Shown here: positions 37,501 to 50,916 of the stretch, piece by piece | Layout of the letters: every line of letters begins with the position of its first letter | How positions within the stretch are numbered: position 1 is the stretch's first letter | Assembly: GCF_036321535.1 (NCBI RefSeq) | Contig: NC_087437.1 | Location: 56,484,001-56,548,000, forward strand | Length of the DNA: 64,000 nt | Origin: Camelus dromedarius | Lineage: Eukaryota | Reading direction: 5' to 3' | Notes under the pieces: generated by a model | The model's input: only the letters and a program-made list of their open reading frames with translations | Told to the model about the DNA's origin: nothing | The model's database searches: none | Translations under genes and position numbers: made by a program

Positions 37501-38757
37501 TATTTTTCATCAGAAGCAGTAAATTCATACCAGCAGTAGATCACTGAAGTAAAGGTCGTGCGCTCTTGCTTCAGCTAGATATCAGCAAACAACTCCATAC
37601 CTAGAGTTTGCAAAAAAAACTGAGCAACCAATATTCCAGGTTCATCTGAGCACTTTCATCATTTACTGACACACAAGTCCTTAAAATAAACTCACTTTAC
37701 TTCAAGTAACTAAACAGAGTCTCTATTGCTTTTCATTTGAAAAACTTAACCATACACATACACACGTGGGTCCAAGAAACCCTAATGGTAGATTTTTAAA
37801 AAGATCAATATTGTCACAGACACATAAATTTTATTTGATTAGATTTCATCTGATTTGATTCAATTCAATTTATTTCAACATTCACTCAAGCAGACACTAA
37901 ACCAGACATGAAGAATATGAAGATGTGTAAAGCATGAACCTTATCTTCGAGCAGCATGTCAATTGGTTGAGTTAATAAATGAAGAAAAAAATTAATTACA
38001 ATACAGAGTAACAGATACAAGGAAGGGTAGAAGAGGAGGAGGAGGTGCATGTGAGAGAGTTTATTCCGACTGGACATGGTAAACAGCTTTACCCAGAGGT
38101 GAGGATACCAGAGTGGCAACCGAAAGAATAAACTGGAGTTTAATAAAGTACCTCTGTTTGACTCAAGACACAACTGAGACTAGTTTAGCTACAATTAAAA
38201 AATTCAAAAGGCAAAAATCTAAAATTTCATCTTTGATGATCATAAAGTCGACATTCTCCCCCTGAGGGTCTAGAGAAAGCTGAATGCTTCCTCAATATTA
38301 GCTTTGCTGCAGGAGGTGACTGAGACACTCAGATTCCTCATTGTCTGCTGATAGGGACTCATTTTCTAATTTATTTGCAGAGTTGTGTTTACTTATTTAA
38401 CTTAGCAATTGTATGTTTATTTTTCACTGTTTTGGATAGGATACTTTGGACTACAAACACTGACTTATTTATAACTGGAAGTTTAGAGGTAAGACAGGAC
38501 CCACTGAGATTTGACTAATGGTTCAAATAGTGTAAGCAAAGGTGTAGATGCATAGGTTCCCCCTGCCCCTTCTCTCTGCTATCATGAGTCTTCACTCTTC
38601 AACCTGATGCTGGAGTCCCACATGACTGATTACAGTTACAGAAGTTTCCAGCATTGCCTCTAGTCACCTTAACGTCCAATACATACTTGGGATTATACAT
38701 CATATACATACATTATACATCATAATATTTTGTTATTATTTTAAATAGTTAATAGTA

Positions 38758-38981
38758 TAGTTGACCCTTGAACAGTACAGGTTGAACTGTGTGGGTCTGT
38801 TTAGCAGTGGATTTTCTTCCGTAAATAGTACAGTAGTGCACGATCCCCAGCTTGTTGAATCCACAGACGTGGAACCTTGTCTATGGGGAGGAGGGCGAAC
38901 TATGGGATTTAAGCATCCTCAGATTTGGGAAACTGAGGCGGGTATTGGAACCAATCCCCTTCTGGTGATGAGGGACAACTG
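38758..38981. mobile_element. Tigger-derived MITE (MER8/Tigger2-like)
   Basis: Imperfect terminal inverted repeats tAGTTGACCCTT ... GAGGGACAACTG. TA on the left flank and CA (a decayed TA) on the right. Confidence 0.8.
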
Positions 38982-39664
38982 CATTTTAAATTTAAAACTA
39001 CAAATAAAAATAAGATACTTTCTGAGAAGTATTTTTATATTTGCCCAGATATGTATCTATTCTGATGTTCTGCATTTCTTCCTGCTGATCCAGAGTTCCA
39101 TCTGGTCTTTTTTTTTTTCAGCCTGGATAATTTCAGTTAGCATTTTGAAAAGTTTTCAATAGTGTAGGTCAGCTGGAAACAAATTCTCTGATTTTCGTCG
39201 TTCCGAAAAAGTATTTTGAGGGATAATTTTGCTGAATATGGAATTCAAGATAGACAGTTTTGTTTTGTTCATCTTTAACACCTGAAAGACTTCCGGTGAG
39301 AAGTCAGCAGTCATTTGTACTGCTGTGATCTTCTATGCAATGTGTATTGTATGTGTAAAAAGTAATTTTAAAATATTGTGTGTATTAAAAATAAATTTAT
39401 TTTGATGTAATTTACATCAACTAAAATTTCCATGTTAAATGTATTGATAACATTGTATATGTGTGTGTATATGCATATACACGTACATATATACATGTAC
39501 ATCTATATAATCACCACCCTAATCAACATATAGAATAATTCCACCATTCCAGAAACTTTCCTTGGGCCCCTTATCAGTCAATTCTCATTCCCTTCTCTTC
39601 GTCCTCTGCCAGAGGCAACCTTTTTTTTTAATTATAAGATTTCCCTTCTCTAAAACTCCATATA

Positions 39665-39913
39665 GGGTGGGAAGGGACAGACTGGGAGTTCGAAATTTGT
39701 AGATACTGACAGATATATATAGAACAGATAAACAAGTTTATACTGTATAGCACACGGAAATATATACACTGGTAGCTCACAGTGAAAAAGACTGTGACAA
39801 TGAATATATACATGTTTATGTATGACTGAAAAATTGTGCTCTACACTGGAAATTGACACAACATTGTAAACTGACTAACTCAATAAAATAAAATTTTAAA
39901 AAATAAATTTAAA
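39665..39913 (+). mobile_element. Young 5'-truncated L1 tail
   Basis: Reverse complement of the 6522-6760 sequence family, with AATAAA and an A-rich tail. TSD-like AAAACTCCATATA (39652-39664) / AAACCTTCATATA (39914-39926). Confidence 0.88.
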
Positions 39914-40669
39914 AAACCTTCATATAAATAATCTTACAGTATATGATTTTGTATCTGTCTCTTTCACTCAGTATAGTATCTGTGAGCTTTATCCATTCTG
40001 TGGCATACATCAGTAGTTTGTTCCTTTTTAGTTACTGAACAGTATTCTATTTTGAAAATATACCACAATTTTAAAAAATCATTGTTTCCAGTTTGAGGTT
40101 TTTAAGAATAAATCTATGAATATTCTGTACAGGCCTCTGAGAAAATATGCCCTCGTTTTTGTTGCATAAATACCTGAGTGTAATTACTTGGTTTTAGGTG
40201 GTTATATGTTTGAAATTATGTAAGAAACTGCTAAACCTTTTCCAAAAGTGATTGTGGTATTTTATATCTCCACAACCAATATATGAGAGTTCTTATTGCT
40301 TCACATACAATATTTGGTGTTGTCAGGCTTGTTAATTTTAGCCATTCAAGCAGGTGGGCAGTGGTATTACATTATGAATTTAATTTGTGTTTCCTTGATG
40401 CATAATGATGTTAAAACTTCTTCATATGTTTATCGGCATTGGCTATTTGCATATGTCTGTTCAAGATTTTTGCCTCCCTTACTCCACTGCAGTTTTTAGA
40501 ATCTTTTTATTATTGAATTATAGGAGCTCTTGAGATAGTCTAGATACAAGTTCCTGATAATATATGTATGCAAATATACTTATAGTATACACACACACAT
40601 CCATATGTATGCATATAGATTTCCTGCCAGTATGTGCATTGCCTATTGTTATTATGTTACTTTTATATA

Positions 40670-41020
40670 TATATTTTATCTAGGTATAGTCAGTTTACAA
40701 TGTTGTGTCAATTTCTGGTGTACAGCATAATGCTTCAATCATACATAAACATACATATATTCATTTTCATATTCTTTTTCATCATAAGTTACTATAAGAT
40801 ATTGAATATAGTTCCCTGTGCTATACAGTATGAACTTATCTACTTTATATATATAAAAATACATATATTATATATTTATATTAGTTAGTATCTGCAAATC
40901 TTGAACTTCCAATTTATCCCTTTCCACCCACTTTCCCCATTGTAACCATAAGTTACATCTGTGAGTCTGTTTCTATTTTGTAAGTAAGTTCACTTGTCTT
41001 TTTTTTTTAATTTCACATAA
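40670..41020 (-). mobile_element. 5'-truncated L1 tail (same family)
   Basis: gtatagtcagtttacaatgttgtgtcaatttctggtgtacagcata...gttccctgtgctatacagta. Confidence 0.85.
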
Positions 41021-44000
41021 ACCCTTGGAAACCATATGGGCCTAAATTTCCTTTGTGTGAAAGCTTTTGGTAATGAATTCAACATAGTCAATAGACTTGG
41101 TGTTTTGTAGATTTTTTGTTTTATTTTGTTCCACTTCTGGTAAATGAGGTTTACTAGGGAATTTGTCGATTTAATCTAAGTTATTAACTGTGTTGGTATA
41201 AAGTGATTCATAATATTTCATTGTTAATTTTTAGTATCTTTGGATTGGTGTTGATGTTAGTAATTTGTGTGTTCTCTCTTTTATTATTTATTTCTTTTAG
41301 GAGTTTATTATACTATTTTTTGCAAACAACCAACTATTCTTATGTTAATTGCTTATATTTTTATATGATTTATTGTTGTTCTTATCTTTATTACTTCCTT
41401 CTACATTCTAGATTTATTTATTTATTTTCACTGTCTTCATAAGATGGAAATTTAAGCCACTAATTTGTTACCTTTATTTTTTTTCTAATACAAGTGTCTA
41501 AAATTGAAAATGACCCTCTAGATGTTTTAGTGTATCTCACAAAGTATTTAATTGTAATTCAGTTCAAAATGTTTTCCAATTTCCCATGTGATTTATTCTT
41601 TGATGTGTGGGTCATTTAGGAGTGAGTTTTCAAATTTTTTCAGTACTTTTAGATAACTTGTTACTGCTTTCTAATATTTGTAGTCACAGAACATGCTCTA
41701 AAATATTTCACATTTTAATTATATTGAGTATTGTTTTATGATCCAAAGTATGGTCTGTTTGGCATTTGTTCTATGTGCATTTAATAATAATATTTATTCA
41801 GCACTTAATGGGTTAAATGTTCCATAAATGTCAATGAGCTAATATGATTGATAATGTTTTCAAAATTCTATGTATTTACTATTTTTTTAATCTAAGTTTT
41901 CTATCAATTGCTGAAAGAGTGTTCTTAAAATCTCCAGCAATGTTTATGGATTTCTCTATATTTCCTTAGCTCTGTCAGTTTTTTATGCCTGTATTTTGAA
42001 GCTCTATTATTAGATACTTAGTCATTCAGGGTTGTTATATCTTCTTGACAAACTGACCTTTTGTAATGATGACATCCCTCTCTTTATTCATGGAGATACT
42101 TTTTTTCTTGAAATCGATTTTGTCTGATATTAAAACAGCCATTCCAGTGTTTTAATTATTACTATTTGAATGTTATATATTTTTGTCATCCTTTTACTTT
42201 TAGCCCAAATGTGTCTTTATGTTTAAATGAATCTCTTACAGATAACATATAGCTAGGTCTTGCCTTTATGTGTAGTCTGACTTCATTCATTTATTTTAAT
42301 GTAATTCTGTGGTTGTATTTAGATCTACTAATTTTCTATTTTTTTAATCTGTGTCTTTTTTTATGTTTGATTTCTTTTGAGTGAATCAGATAAATTTTAG
42401 CATCTTATTTGAATCCTCCTTTTGTTTGTTTGTTTTTTTGCATTATATTTTAGTGGTTGCTCTAAGAAAATGAATATATATTTCTAACTTATCACCATGT
42501 ACTTAGAGCTAACACTGAATACTTCAAAGGCATTGTAACTTTGAACTGTATAGTTCTAGCATCATCTCCCATACTCTGTGTTATTTGTCTTACGTATTAT
42601 ACATGCCTACTGTACAAACTCCAAGATAGTGTTATAACGTTTTGCTCTAAACAGCCATGTCTTTTAAAGAAATTATATAAGAAAAATAGTCTTATAGTTA
42701 TGCACACGTTTATCATATACGAACGCTCCATTTCTTGCATTAGATCCACATTGCAACTTGATGTCTATTATCTTTAGCCTGAAAAAACTTCTTCTACATT
42801 TATTGTAGTGCATATTTATGGGAAGCAGATACTCTTAGTCTTGTTTACCTAAAATTATTTATTTTGTTTCACTTTTGAAAGATATTTTTGTATATAAAAT
42901 TTGTGGATATAAAATTTTGTTAACAGATTTTTAAGAAATGCTATTTCCATCATCTTCCAGTGTCCCCTGTTTCTGATAAGAAGTCAGAAGAGAGAAGATA
43001 AAAACCAGTGAATATAACATGAACCTCCCATAAGGAAGATGTTATGAATTTCAAAACACATCTTCAGTTTTTAATTCTCATGTTTAGCCAGAGTCTTTCT
43101 GCTCCTTTGGGCACCTGGGACAGTGCAGTGGCACTTTGCAGACAGTAAGTTAGGTTAGGACACTCGCAGGGCTGGGTTTAATAGTAGGTCAGATCTAGAA
43201 GGAATGCTCCCAAAGAGTTTTTTAAATTACAATTGTAGACTACTCATGTTAAATATCTCCTCATTGTAAATGAATTATTAACACTTGAAGAGTCCTCAGC
43301 ATGTGGTGTGTATTATAATTAATTATATTAGTGGCATTAGCCAAAGAGAGACAACATTTGGATTGTTCTGCTGTATGTAGTGGGTTTGTTTTTCTCTGTC
43401 TACATTCAGGGCTGTCTCTTTATCTTTGGTTTACAGTTGTTTGACTATGGGATACCTATGTATGCTTTCCTTGTAATCTATCATTATTGAGGTTTGCTGA
43501 ATTCTTTTGATTTTTTTATCTTGGACTTATAAGTTGTATTTTTTTAGCAAATTTATAAAAATGTCTGCCATCATTATTTAAAAAATTTTTTGTATCCAAT
43601 TCTCCTTTACCTCTCTTTATGAGATTTCAATTACATGTATGTTAAACTCTTTGATACTGTCTTAAAGATAACTGTGATTCTGTTCCTCTTATTTCCATTG
43701 CTTTTTTCTCATTGACCTTCAGACTTGGAATTTCCTATTGACCTATCTTCAAGTTCACCTACACATTATTCTGCCACCTCCAATCTACTGTTAAGTTCAT
43801 ACAGTGAATATTTTATTTCAGATATTGTAAATGTTAGGTCTACGATTTCCATTCAGTTTTTTCTTTTAAGCTTCCATATCTCAGTCACCATCTCTCTATT
43901 CATTATAACTGTATTTTCTTTTAAGTACTTGAACATATTTATTGCATATCTGCTTTAAAGTTCCTGCCTGCTAACTCCAACTTCTAGCTCATCTTAGAGT

Positions 44001-46002
44001 TTGTTTGTATTGATATTTTTAAACTACTGATCATATTTTCTTGTTTTTAATGTTTCATCACTTTTTATATTATACTGGACATTTTCCTAATATGTTGTAA
44101 AGACATTGAATACTCTTATCTTCCAATGAAACATGATCTTTGTTGTAGCAGTCAGTTAGCTTGTCTGGAGTCAACATTCAAACTCTTTTCCCCTGTTTTT
44201 GACAGCAGTGGAAACCTTGGCTTAGTTCTTTCATCCTTCTATCTGTTGCTTTTCTTTGGGCTATCTGGCTTGTATCCTGCATTTATGTGGTTCAAGTGTC
44301 AGCCAAAAGTTTGGGTGCTGTAATATACAGATTTTTATAGTTCTCCCTGTGTGACTCCCTCTTTCTCAGGATTACCCATTTCACTTTTCAGCCACTGCAG
44401 TAGCCTCAAACTCTGCCCATTTCTCTTCAAATTGTGTCTTTGTACCTGGATTCTAACCACACTACATGATCAAACTGGAGCATTCCCTCAGGCAGAGAGC
44501 TGCATTAATACAAAGTTCACCCAGTATATTTCCCTCTTTCAAGGACAGACTCACCTCCAGTTTGTCTCTTTTTTGTCACTCCTCAGTGCCTTCTATTGTT
44601 TCTTCTTAATTTTGTCCGATGTTTATAATTGTTATCTGTAAGAAAATTGAACTAATACAATCTATTTTATCATTACCAAAAGCAGAGTTCCCTTCATCCT
44701 TATTTTGATTTATTATGTGATTACAGTTGTTTCAAGTACTCATAAGAGGAAGTGCGTAGCTCTATGAAATTAACTATCACTAGTGTAGGGACTCTGAGAC
44801 CACTTCCCTAACTGTGCAACAATTAACTTCAATTAAAAATTATCATAAGTCAACTTACGGAAGACGAGTAAGAATGGAGTTGACCTGCATTCCCATCAGG
44901 AGGAAAAACAGGCAGAAGCTTTGGTGGGAGCGTTTTTTGTGTTCTTGGGGACATATGAAGAAAAGTCAGTGTAGTAAGAGCAGAAAGAGTAAAGAAAAGC
45001 AAAATAAAAAAACTTAGGCTGGAGACACAAACAGTGGCCAGATTTTGCAGAACCTTATAGACTGCTATATATTTTAGTCTTCAGCTTGAGAGTAATGCAG
45101 AACCATGAAAGAACTTTTGAACAAGGACACAATGAGATTACTATTTTGTAAAGATCATTCTGATTATAGAAAGAAGAGTAGATATGGAAAGGAGCAAGAG
45201 TAGAGAAGAGAGACCAGTCAGGAGGCTATTTTAGTAATCGTACGAATGAAAATTGATGGTAGTTAGACTAGCTCATGCTCATGTTGAAACCGAGTGCACA
45301 GATTTAATGGACTGTCAGGTGCCCCCCAAAATTACAGCTTGATAGTTACAAGTGTAGAGAAGATAAAATTTCTTCTCCTCAAGGAGGCAAGGACTTGTGT
45401 CTATTTCGTTTAAGGACGTTATTCTAAACATATAGGATTGTGTCTGTTACACAAGAAGTCTAATTAATGAATGAAAGGATAAATCCTATTTATCTTGCAT
45501 GATGAGTGATGCTGACTTTCATTAAGATAAGGCACACTGTTAAACACTGATAAAGCAGAGATCTGAGACTTGGGGGATTTTTGGTTTTCTTTGAGTCATT
45601 GTAGTTTTATTTTGATTTGGTTGGAAGAATCATTAGTTTAGTGTTAGGCATGTTGAGTTTGGGGTAGCCTCCATATATTCAAGTAGAAATGTCAAGTTGG
45701 CAGCTAATTTTTAGATTCTAGACTACAGACAAAATCTCTGGGCTAATGTACTAAGAATCATTTTATTTGGTGGTAACTGAATCCATGGATAAAATGAGAT
45801 TACTTAAAAAGAAAGTTTGGAGTTGGAAGATATAAAAGAATACTTCAAACTAGGTCATTAATCTACCTTTTACATGTTACACAAATAAGGAAAGAATCAG
45901 GAAGATTAATATTGTGTTGGCTATTCTGAGTCTTTTGACTCTCCATGTAAACTTCAGAGTAAGTTTGTCAAAAAATCTAAAAAATAATTTGCTTGTATTT
46001 TT

Positions 46003-46826
46003 TTTAGTTTTTAATTATTTTAAATGGAAGTATAGTTGATTTACAATGTTGCATTAGTTTCTGGTGTACAGCAAAGATTCAGATATACATGTATCTGAAT
46101 ATATATATGCATTCTTTTCCATTATAGGTTATTATAAGATATCAAATATAGTTTCCTGTGCTATACAGTAGAACCTTGTTGTTTATTTTATATATAGTAG
46201 TATGTATCTGTTAATCCCAAACTCTTAATTTATCCCTCCTTCTGCCTTTAAACTTTGGTAATCATAACTTCATTTTCTATGTCTGTGAGCCTGTTTATTT
46301 TTTGAAAATAATTTCATTTGTATTATTTTTTTATATCCCACATATAAGTGATATCATATGATATTTGTCTTTCTGTGTCTGACTTACTTCTCTTAGTATG
46401 ATAATCTCTAGGTCCATCAATGTTGCTGCAAATGGCATTATTTCATTCTTTTTTATTCTGAGTAATATTACATTGTATATATTTACCACATCTTCTTCAT
46501 CCAGTCATCTGCCAATGGACATTTAGGTTGCTTTCATGTCTTGGCTATTATAAACAGTGCTGCTATGAACATTGGGGTGTGTGTATCTTTTAGAATTAGA
46601 GTTTTCTTCAGATATATGCCCAGGAGTTGCCAAGTCTATTGGCCAAGTCTATTTTTAGTGTTTTAAGGACTCTCTATACTGTATTCCATGATGGCTGTGC
46701 CAAAGTACATTCCCACCAGTGGTGTAGGAGGGTTTCTTTTTCTCCACACCCTCTCCAGCATTTATCATTTGTGGACTTTTTAATGATGGCCATTCTAACC
46801 AGTGTGAGTTAATACCTCATTGTACC
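46003..46826 (-). mobile_element. 5'-truncated L1 (3'UTR and ORF2 end) nested in an older L1 fragment (~45910-47070)
   Basis: ggacatttaggttgctttcatgtcttggctatt...cattcccaccagtggtgtaggagggtt. TSD TTGCTTGTATTTTT (45989-46002) / TTGCTTATATTTTT (46827-46840). Confidence 0.9.
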
Positions 46827-47469
46827 TTGCTTATATTTTTATTGGGATTGCATTGAATCTATAAATCTAATTGTAAAGAAATGCAGCATAATGTAGAATC
46901 ATCCTATTTATGTACTTGAAATATCACTCCATTTATTTAGTTGTTTTTCATTTTATTTGTCAAGAGTTTTGTGGTTTTTCTTACATAGACCTGGTATATA
47001 TTGTGTTATATTTATATCTTAAGTACTTCACTTTTTTAGTGCTAATGTCAATGGTATTGAGCTTTTATTTCTGAAATACAGAGAAACTAAAATTAATTGC
47101 TCAAACGTTAATTTTACATTTTCCTCAGCTCAAACTCAGCTGTACTCCATCTCCAGACTAAAGGTTTTTAAAAAAGTTATTATTAAATAATTCAGCATTT
47201 GAAGAAATAGTGCATAATTATCTGTGTATGTGTGTTCTCAATGAGCTAGAGATGTCCACAAGGTTTGGTGATCTTAAGTTCCCATCGTGATAAGGTAGAG
47301 AGATTTTTTTAGTGTGATAACCTAAAGAGGTTGAACTTTCTACTTCAGCTTAGTATTGATAGCTCAAGGAGGCAATTAGATATTTGCAATTTGCTTAGCC
47401 AAGTATAATGTCGAATAATCGCCTCTTCAGCCAGGAAAATGCCTTAATAGGATGATAGAGGAGAATATT

Positions 47470-47705
47470 AATAGTAACTAATGTTTATCTTGCTCTTGAT
47501 AGTTAATAAAGTGCTTTCACAAACATTATCTTACTGATTTTCACAACATCTCTGTAGGGAGTATGCACTGTATTCTTTATTATTCTTCTCATTCTACTCA
47601 TGAAGACTCTGAGGCTCTGGTCAATGCAGGGACATGTATGTAGACCAAGCAGGAAGTAATGGAGACAGGACAAGCCAGAAGTCTTTTCAAAATTCACATT
47701 TCCCC
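47470..47705 (-). mobile_element. MIR SINE
   Basis: aagtgctttcacaaacattatctt...ttcacaacatctctgtaggg...atgaagactctgaggctc. Confidence 0.7.
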
Positions 47706-47884
47706 CATAATCTCATACTGCCTCCCTGGAGAGTCCACAGAGAGAGACTAAGAATCTCTAGGCTGAAAATAGTTATAACAGAAGTGACTGTAATCTGCAC
47801 AGAGATTTACATTTCATAAAGCCCTTCCTCTCACCAAATCTCTTTTGTTACTTACATTAACCTAATGAGGCTTTATTGTTGTGG

Positions 47885-47885
<1 letters not shown>

Positions 47886-47936
<51 letters not shown>
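47886..47936. repeat. (GAT)17 trinucleotide microsatellite
   Basis: Perfect run, read directly. Confidence 0.95.
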
Positions 47937-47937
<1 letters not shown>

Positions 47938-48420
47938 GTAGCGGTCTAGTCTGAGACTTGCCTGAGTTAGTTCACTTATCCTCCTAACCACACAACGTAG
48001 ACTGGAAGGGATGACTCTGTTTCCTATACTGCTTCTACCTGTACGGTTTCTTTGGACTATTCAATGAAATGGTCTCTTTCTCATTTTTATCCTTTTTCTG
48101 AATCTGCCTCTGCTCCTCTCTCTTATTTTCTCTTTCACATAAGGGCAAAGAACAGCCTTAGAACTAAAATAAGTGTCAGGGCCATGTTAGGAACTTGTTT
48201 TGGGTGCTGTATCAGATAAAATTTCAGTGCAGATTTCCCTAAAATGATTGGAAGAAAAAGCTTTTCATTGGTTAATATGGGCATGGTCTTCAGATTACCA
48301 AAAGTGAAAATCTTTAAAATAAGGACAGACTTTTGAAAGGCTCCAAAGTTCTCTGTCTCCAGGTGAGATGGGGATATCTTCCAACTACTCTTTGTGGAAA
48401 TTGACTAACAGCGCTCTCCA

Positions 48421-48996
48421 GATGTCTTAGCCTGGATTCCCCAGGAACCTGAGATAGATATAAAACAAGGATGTATGCTATTGCTTTATTAGAGAGAGGA
48501 CTCCTATGCAGTAAGAATGAGGGACAAGGGGCAACTAGGCAGCAAACAGGGAGAGCTGATGTAAGGAGAGATTACTGATTGGTCCACCACTAAGTGTGAC
48601 TGCTTGGTTAATCCCAAGGGACTATCCTCTGAGAAGCCATATAAACCACATATCAAAACAGCCTCTTCATGGAGAAAAAGGAAATAATTTATACTCCAAC
48701 TCTCTTTTTCCCTTGGGAAACTATTTCCTCCATAAGTTGTCAAATTTCCCAGACCACTGGTGTGCACATTTGTGAGCCTAAATGGAGTCCCACAGCTTCT
48801 AATTTCCAGCATGATAGAAAAGCTCCAAGGTGGAGGCAGCAAGTGTACAGTGTGGTTATGAGACAACATACTGTTAAATTTCACATATGTGAAGTTGTAA
48901 AGCTACACACCTATGACCATAGCAAGAAGGTGGTGAGGCTGAGAGGTTCTGAAATGGTCCATGAGTGAAATCCGACGGAGACCACCTTGCACAACA
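48421..48996 (-). mobile_element. ERV-L class LTR (LTR16-like), probable 3' LTR of the adjacent internal remnant
   Basis: Starts TGTTGTG on the minus strand at 48996 and has antisense AATAAA (tttatt ~48485). gtcttagcctggattccccagg marks the other end. Confidence 0.6.
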
Positions 48997-49164
48997 CTCA
49001 GGTCTCTCAAGTAACATATCTGGCTGCCATTCCCCAATATGGAGTCTCCATGTTTGTTAGAACAAGATGCTTTCACGTTTTTCCAGTCTGTCACTAAGCA
49101 TCATTGTAGATGTTGACCACATAATGCCTCTTAGATGTTAAGGTTTAAGGCAAGTTAGTTATTG

Positions 49165-49750
49165 AAGTATACTCTAGTCCTTGCTTCAGTAGTGAGGCTG
49201 TGATTGATGTTTTTCATCATTTCCCTTCTCTCCAATGACTCATTGTAGTTTTCCTCATCCTCAGCCAGCATGTTGTGCTGGCTGGTCTGAGCTGCTCACC
49301 CCGTGAGGTCTAATCCCACAGTTGCTTTCCTAGGCTGTGGTTGTTGCTATTATCTAATCTAAACTATTATTAGTGAGTACAAAAGCAACATGGCAGTTCC
49401 AAACACACCCCTCCTTGGCTAGATTAGGTAGCAGAAATCATCACTTCTGAGAATATGGGCGGATTGCTCTCTTATTACATCAGTTCCTTACTTTGCCTAC
49501 TGATCTACTAGCATGAGAAGCCAGAATAAAACAGTGGTAAGTTCAGTTTCAAATTCATGAGAAATCTTGCTGTGGCCCCTGGTAAAAGTGTTTACTTTTC
49601 TGGGAACCAGGAACTCTAATTTGGTAATGCCTAAGAGTGCAGGGACATGCAGGACCAACTGTGCAACTGGGATAAAGGGAGGAATGGTGAGAAGTGAGGA
49701 TCTTATTTCCTTCCCTTGGTTCCCATGTCCATACATATCTTGATTCCCAA
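49165..49750 (-). mobile_element. ERV-L internal remnant (3' end of pol: integrase C-terminus / dUTPase region), decayed
   Basis: Minus-strand ORF YGHGNQGKEIRSSLLTIPPFIPVAQLVLHVPALLGITKLEFLVP...FWLLMLVDQ resembles the recalled ERV-L pol segment IHGSRNQGVEV..APLTITPSDPLA.F.LPVPATL.SAGLEVLVP...FGLL.PL.Q. Confidence 0.7.
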
Positions 49751-49919
49751 TAGAGTGCTCTATATCAAATTTTCCTCCAAAAGAAAAAAAGAGTACATTG
49801 TTTTAACTTCTAGTTATATGTGCTTCTGTGGTTTCTTGCCTTTTCTTTTGCATTGGAAATCCAAATAAACCCAGCTTGTTTTTCACCACTGGGAGGGAGC
49901 TTAACATAATTTAGGTAGA

Positions 49920-49942
49920 GTGTGTGTGTGTGTGTGTGTGTG
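49920..49942. repeat. (GT)n microsatellite
   Basis: Read directly. Confidence 0.9.
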
Positions 49943-50705
49943 TTTGTGCGCGTGTGCACACTCATCTGTCTGTCTGTCTAAATGTTATGTCAAGGGAAGT
50001 AGGATAGTCTCTAAATGTTGGGTATCCAGTTCTTCCTACTATTATATTCCAACCTAAAATGTCCTGCATTTATGCTTCAGTTTTCTTTCTATAGCCACAC
50101 CCCCATAGCACACAGTTGAGATATCACAGTCTAAACTTACAACCCACCCCTGCTATTTAAGGAATTCCCCACACGCATCTGTGCATTTAGCTTAAGACTA
50201 GCTGTGGGTTTTTTGTTGTTGTTGCTGTTGGTATGTGCTGTGTGGGTTTCCCAACTGGAGCCCTAATTTGCAACACCTACAGCTTGCTCAGCTCATTCTG
50301 ATGCTAGGGTGGTTTCCTTCTGTGAATAAATGTCAGTGAGGTGCTCTAGGCAAAGCTATTGCCCTCATGGAACCTATGAATTTAGTTTGTTCCAGGAATA
50401 GACTCCCGATTTCTATATGCAAGTGAACATTTGGATTAGGTATATTAGCTAAGCCAGTTTTAGGAGATTAAAAGAAATGACTCTTACTGCTGAAGGCTGA
50501 AGGACATGCTTTGCTGTACATTATAATGCTTCATCCAAACCAATTATATATGAGCAGTTTTGAGTGATGACTATATGCCAGGCACTGAATATTTCATATT
50601 CTATAAATACTCACGAGGTCTACCGTGAGCCAAGAACTGTGCCAAGAATAAGCAGAAAATACACAAATAACAATGAACAAATAAGCTAGTAAGGATAATA
50701 AAACA

Positions 50706-50916
50706 AGTCTAATAATCACAATAATTGATGATAGAGTAGGAATGGTGATTTTAGCAAGATGGTGGAGTAAGTGATACCAACCTTCACCCCTTCACACACA
50801 CAAAAACAATTAGATAGTTATTCACATGAAAAAAAAACCTTGGGAAGTTTCAGAAGTTGAAATAAGAACGTTCAGCAATACAGTAGTGCTAAAAACAGAA
50901 TAATCACACAGAAAGG
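50706..50916 (+). repeat. Left arm of a ~210-bp inverted repeat (flank plus L1 5' end)
   Basis: Reverse complement of 51707-51916. Contains the L1 5' start motif CAAGATGGTGGAGTAAG at ~50755. Confidence 0.95.

Larger units (their letters stand above)
39000..44690 (-). mobile_element. Cluster of old antisense L1M fragments with nested younger insertions
   Basis: Extended T-rich antisense L1 texture (gataattttgctgaatatggaattc, ttctgataagaagtcag, ttctgccacctccaatctactgttaag). Confidence 0.8.

Noticed and set aside
38761..39162. 133-aa ORF
   Set aside because: It spans a Tigger MITE and antisense L1 and starts at TTG.
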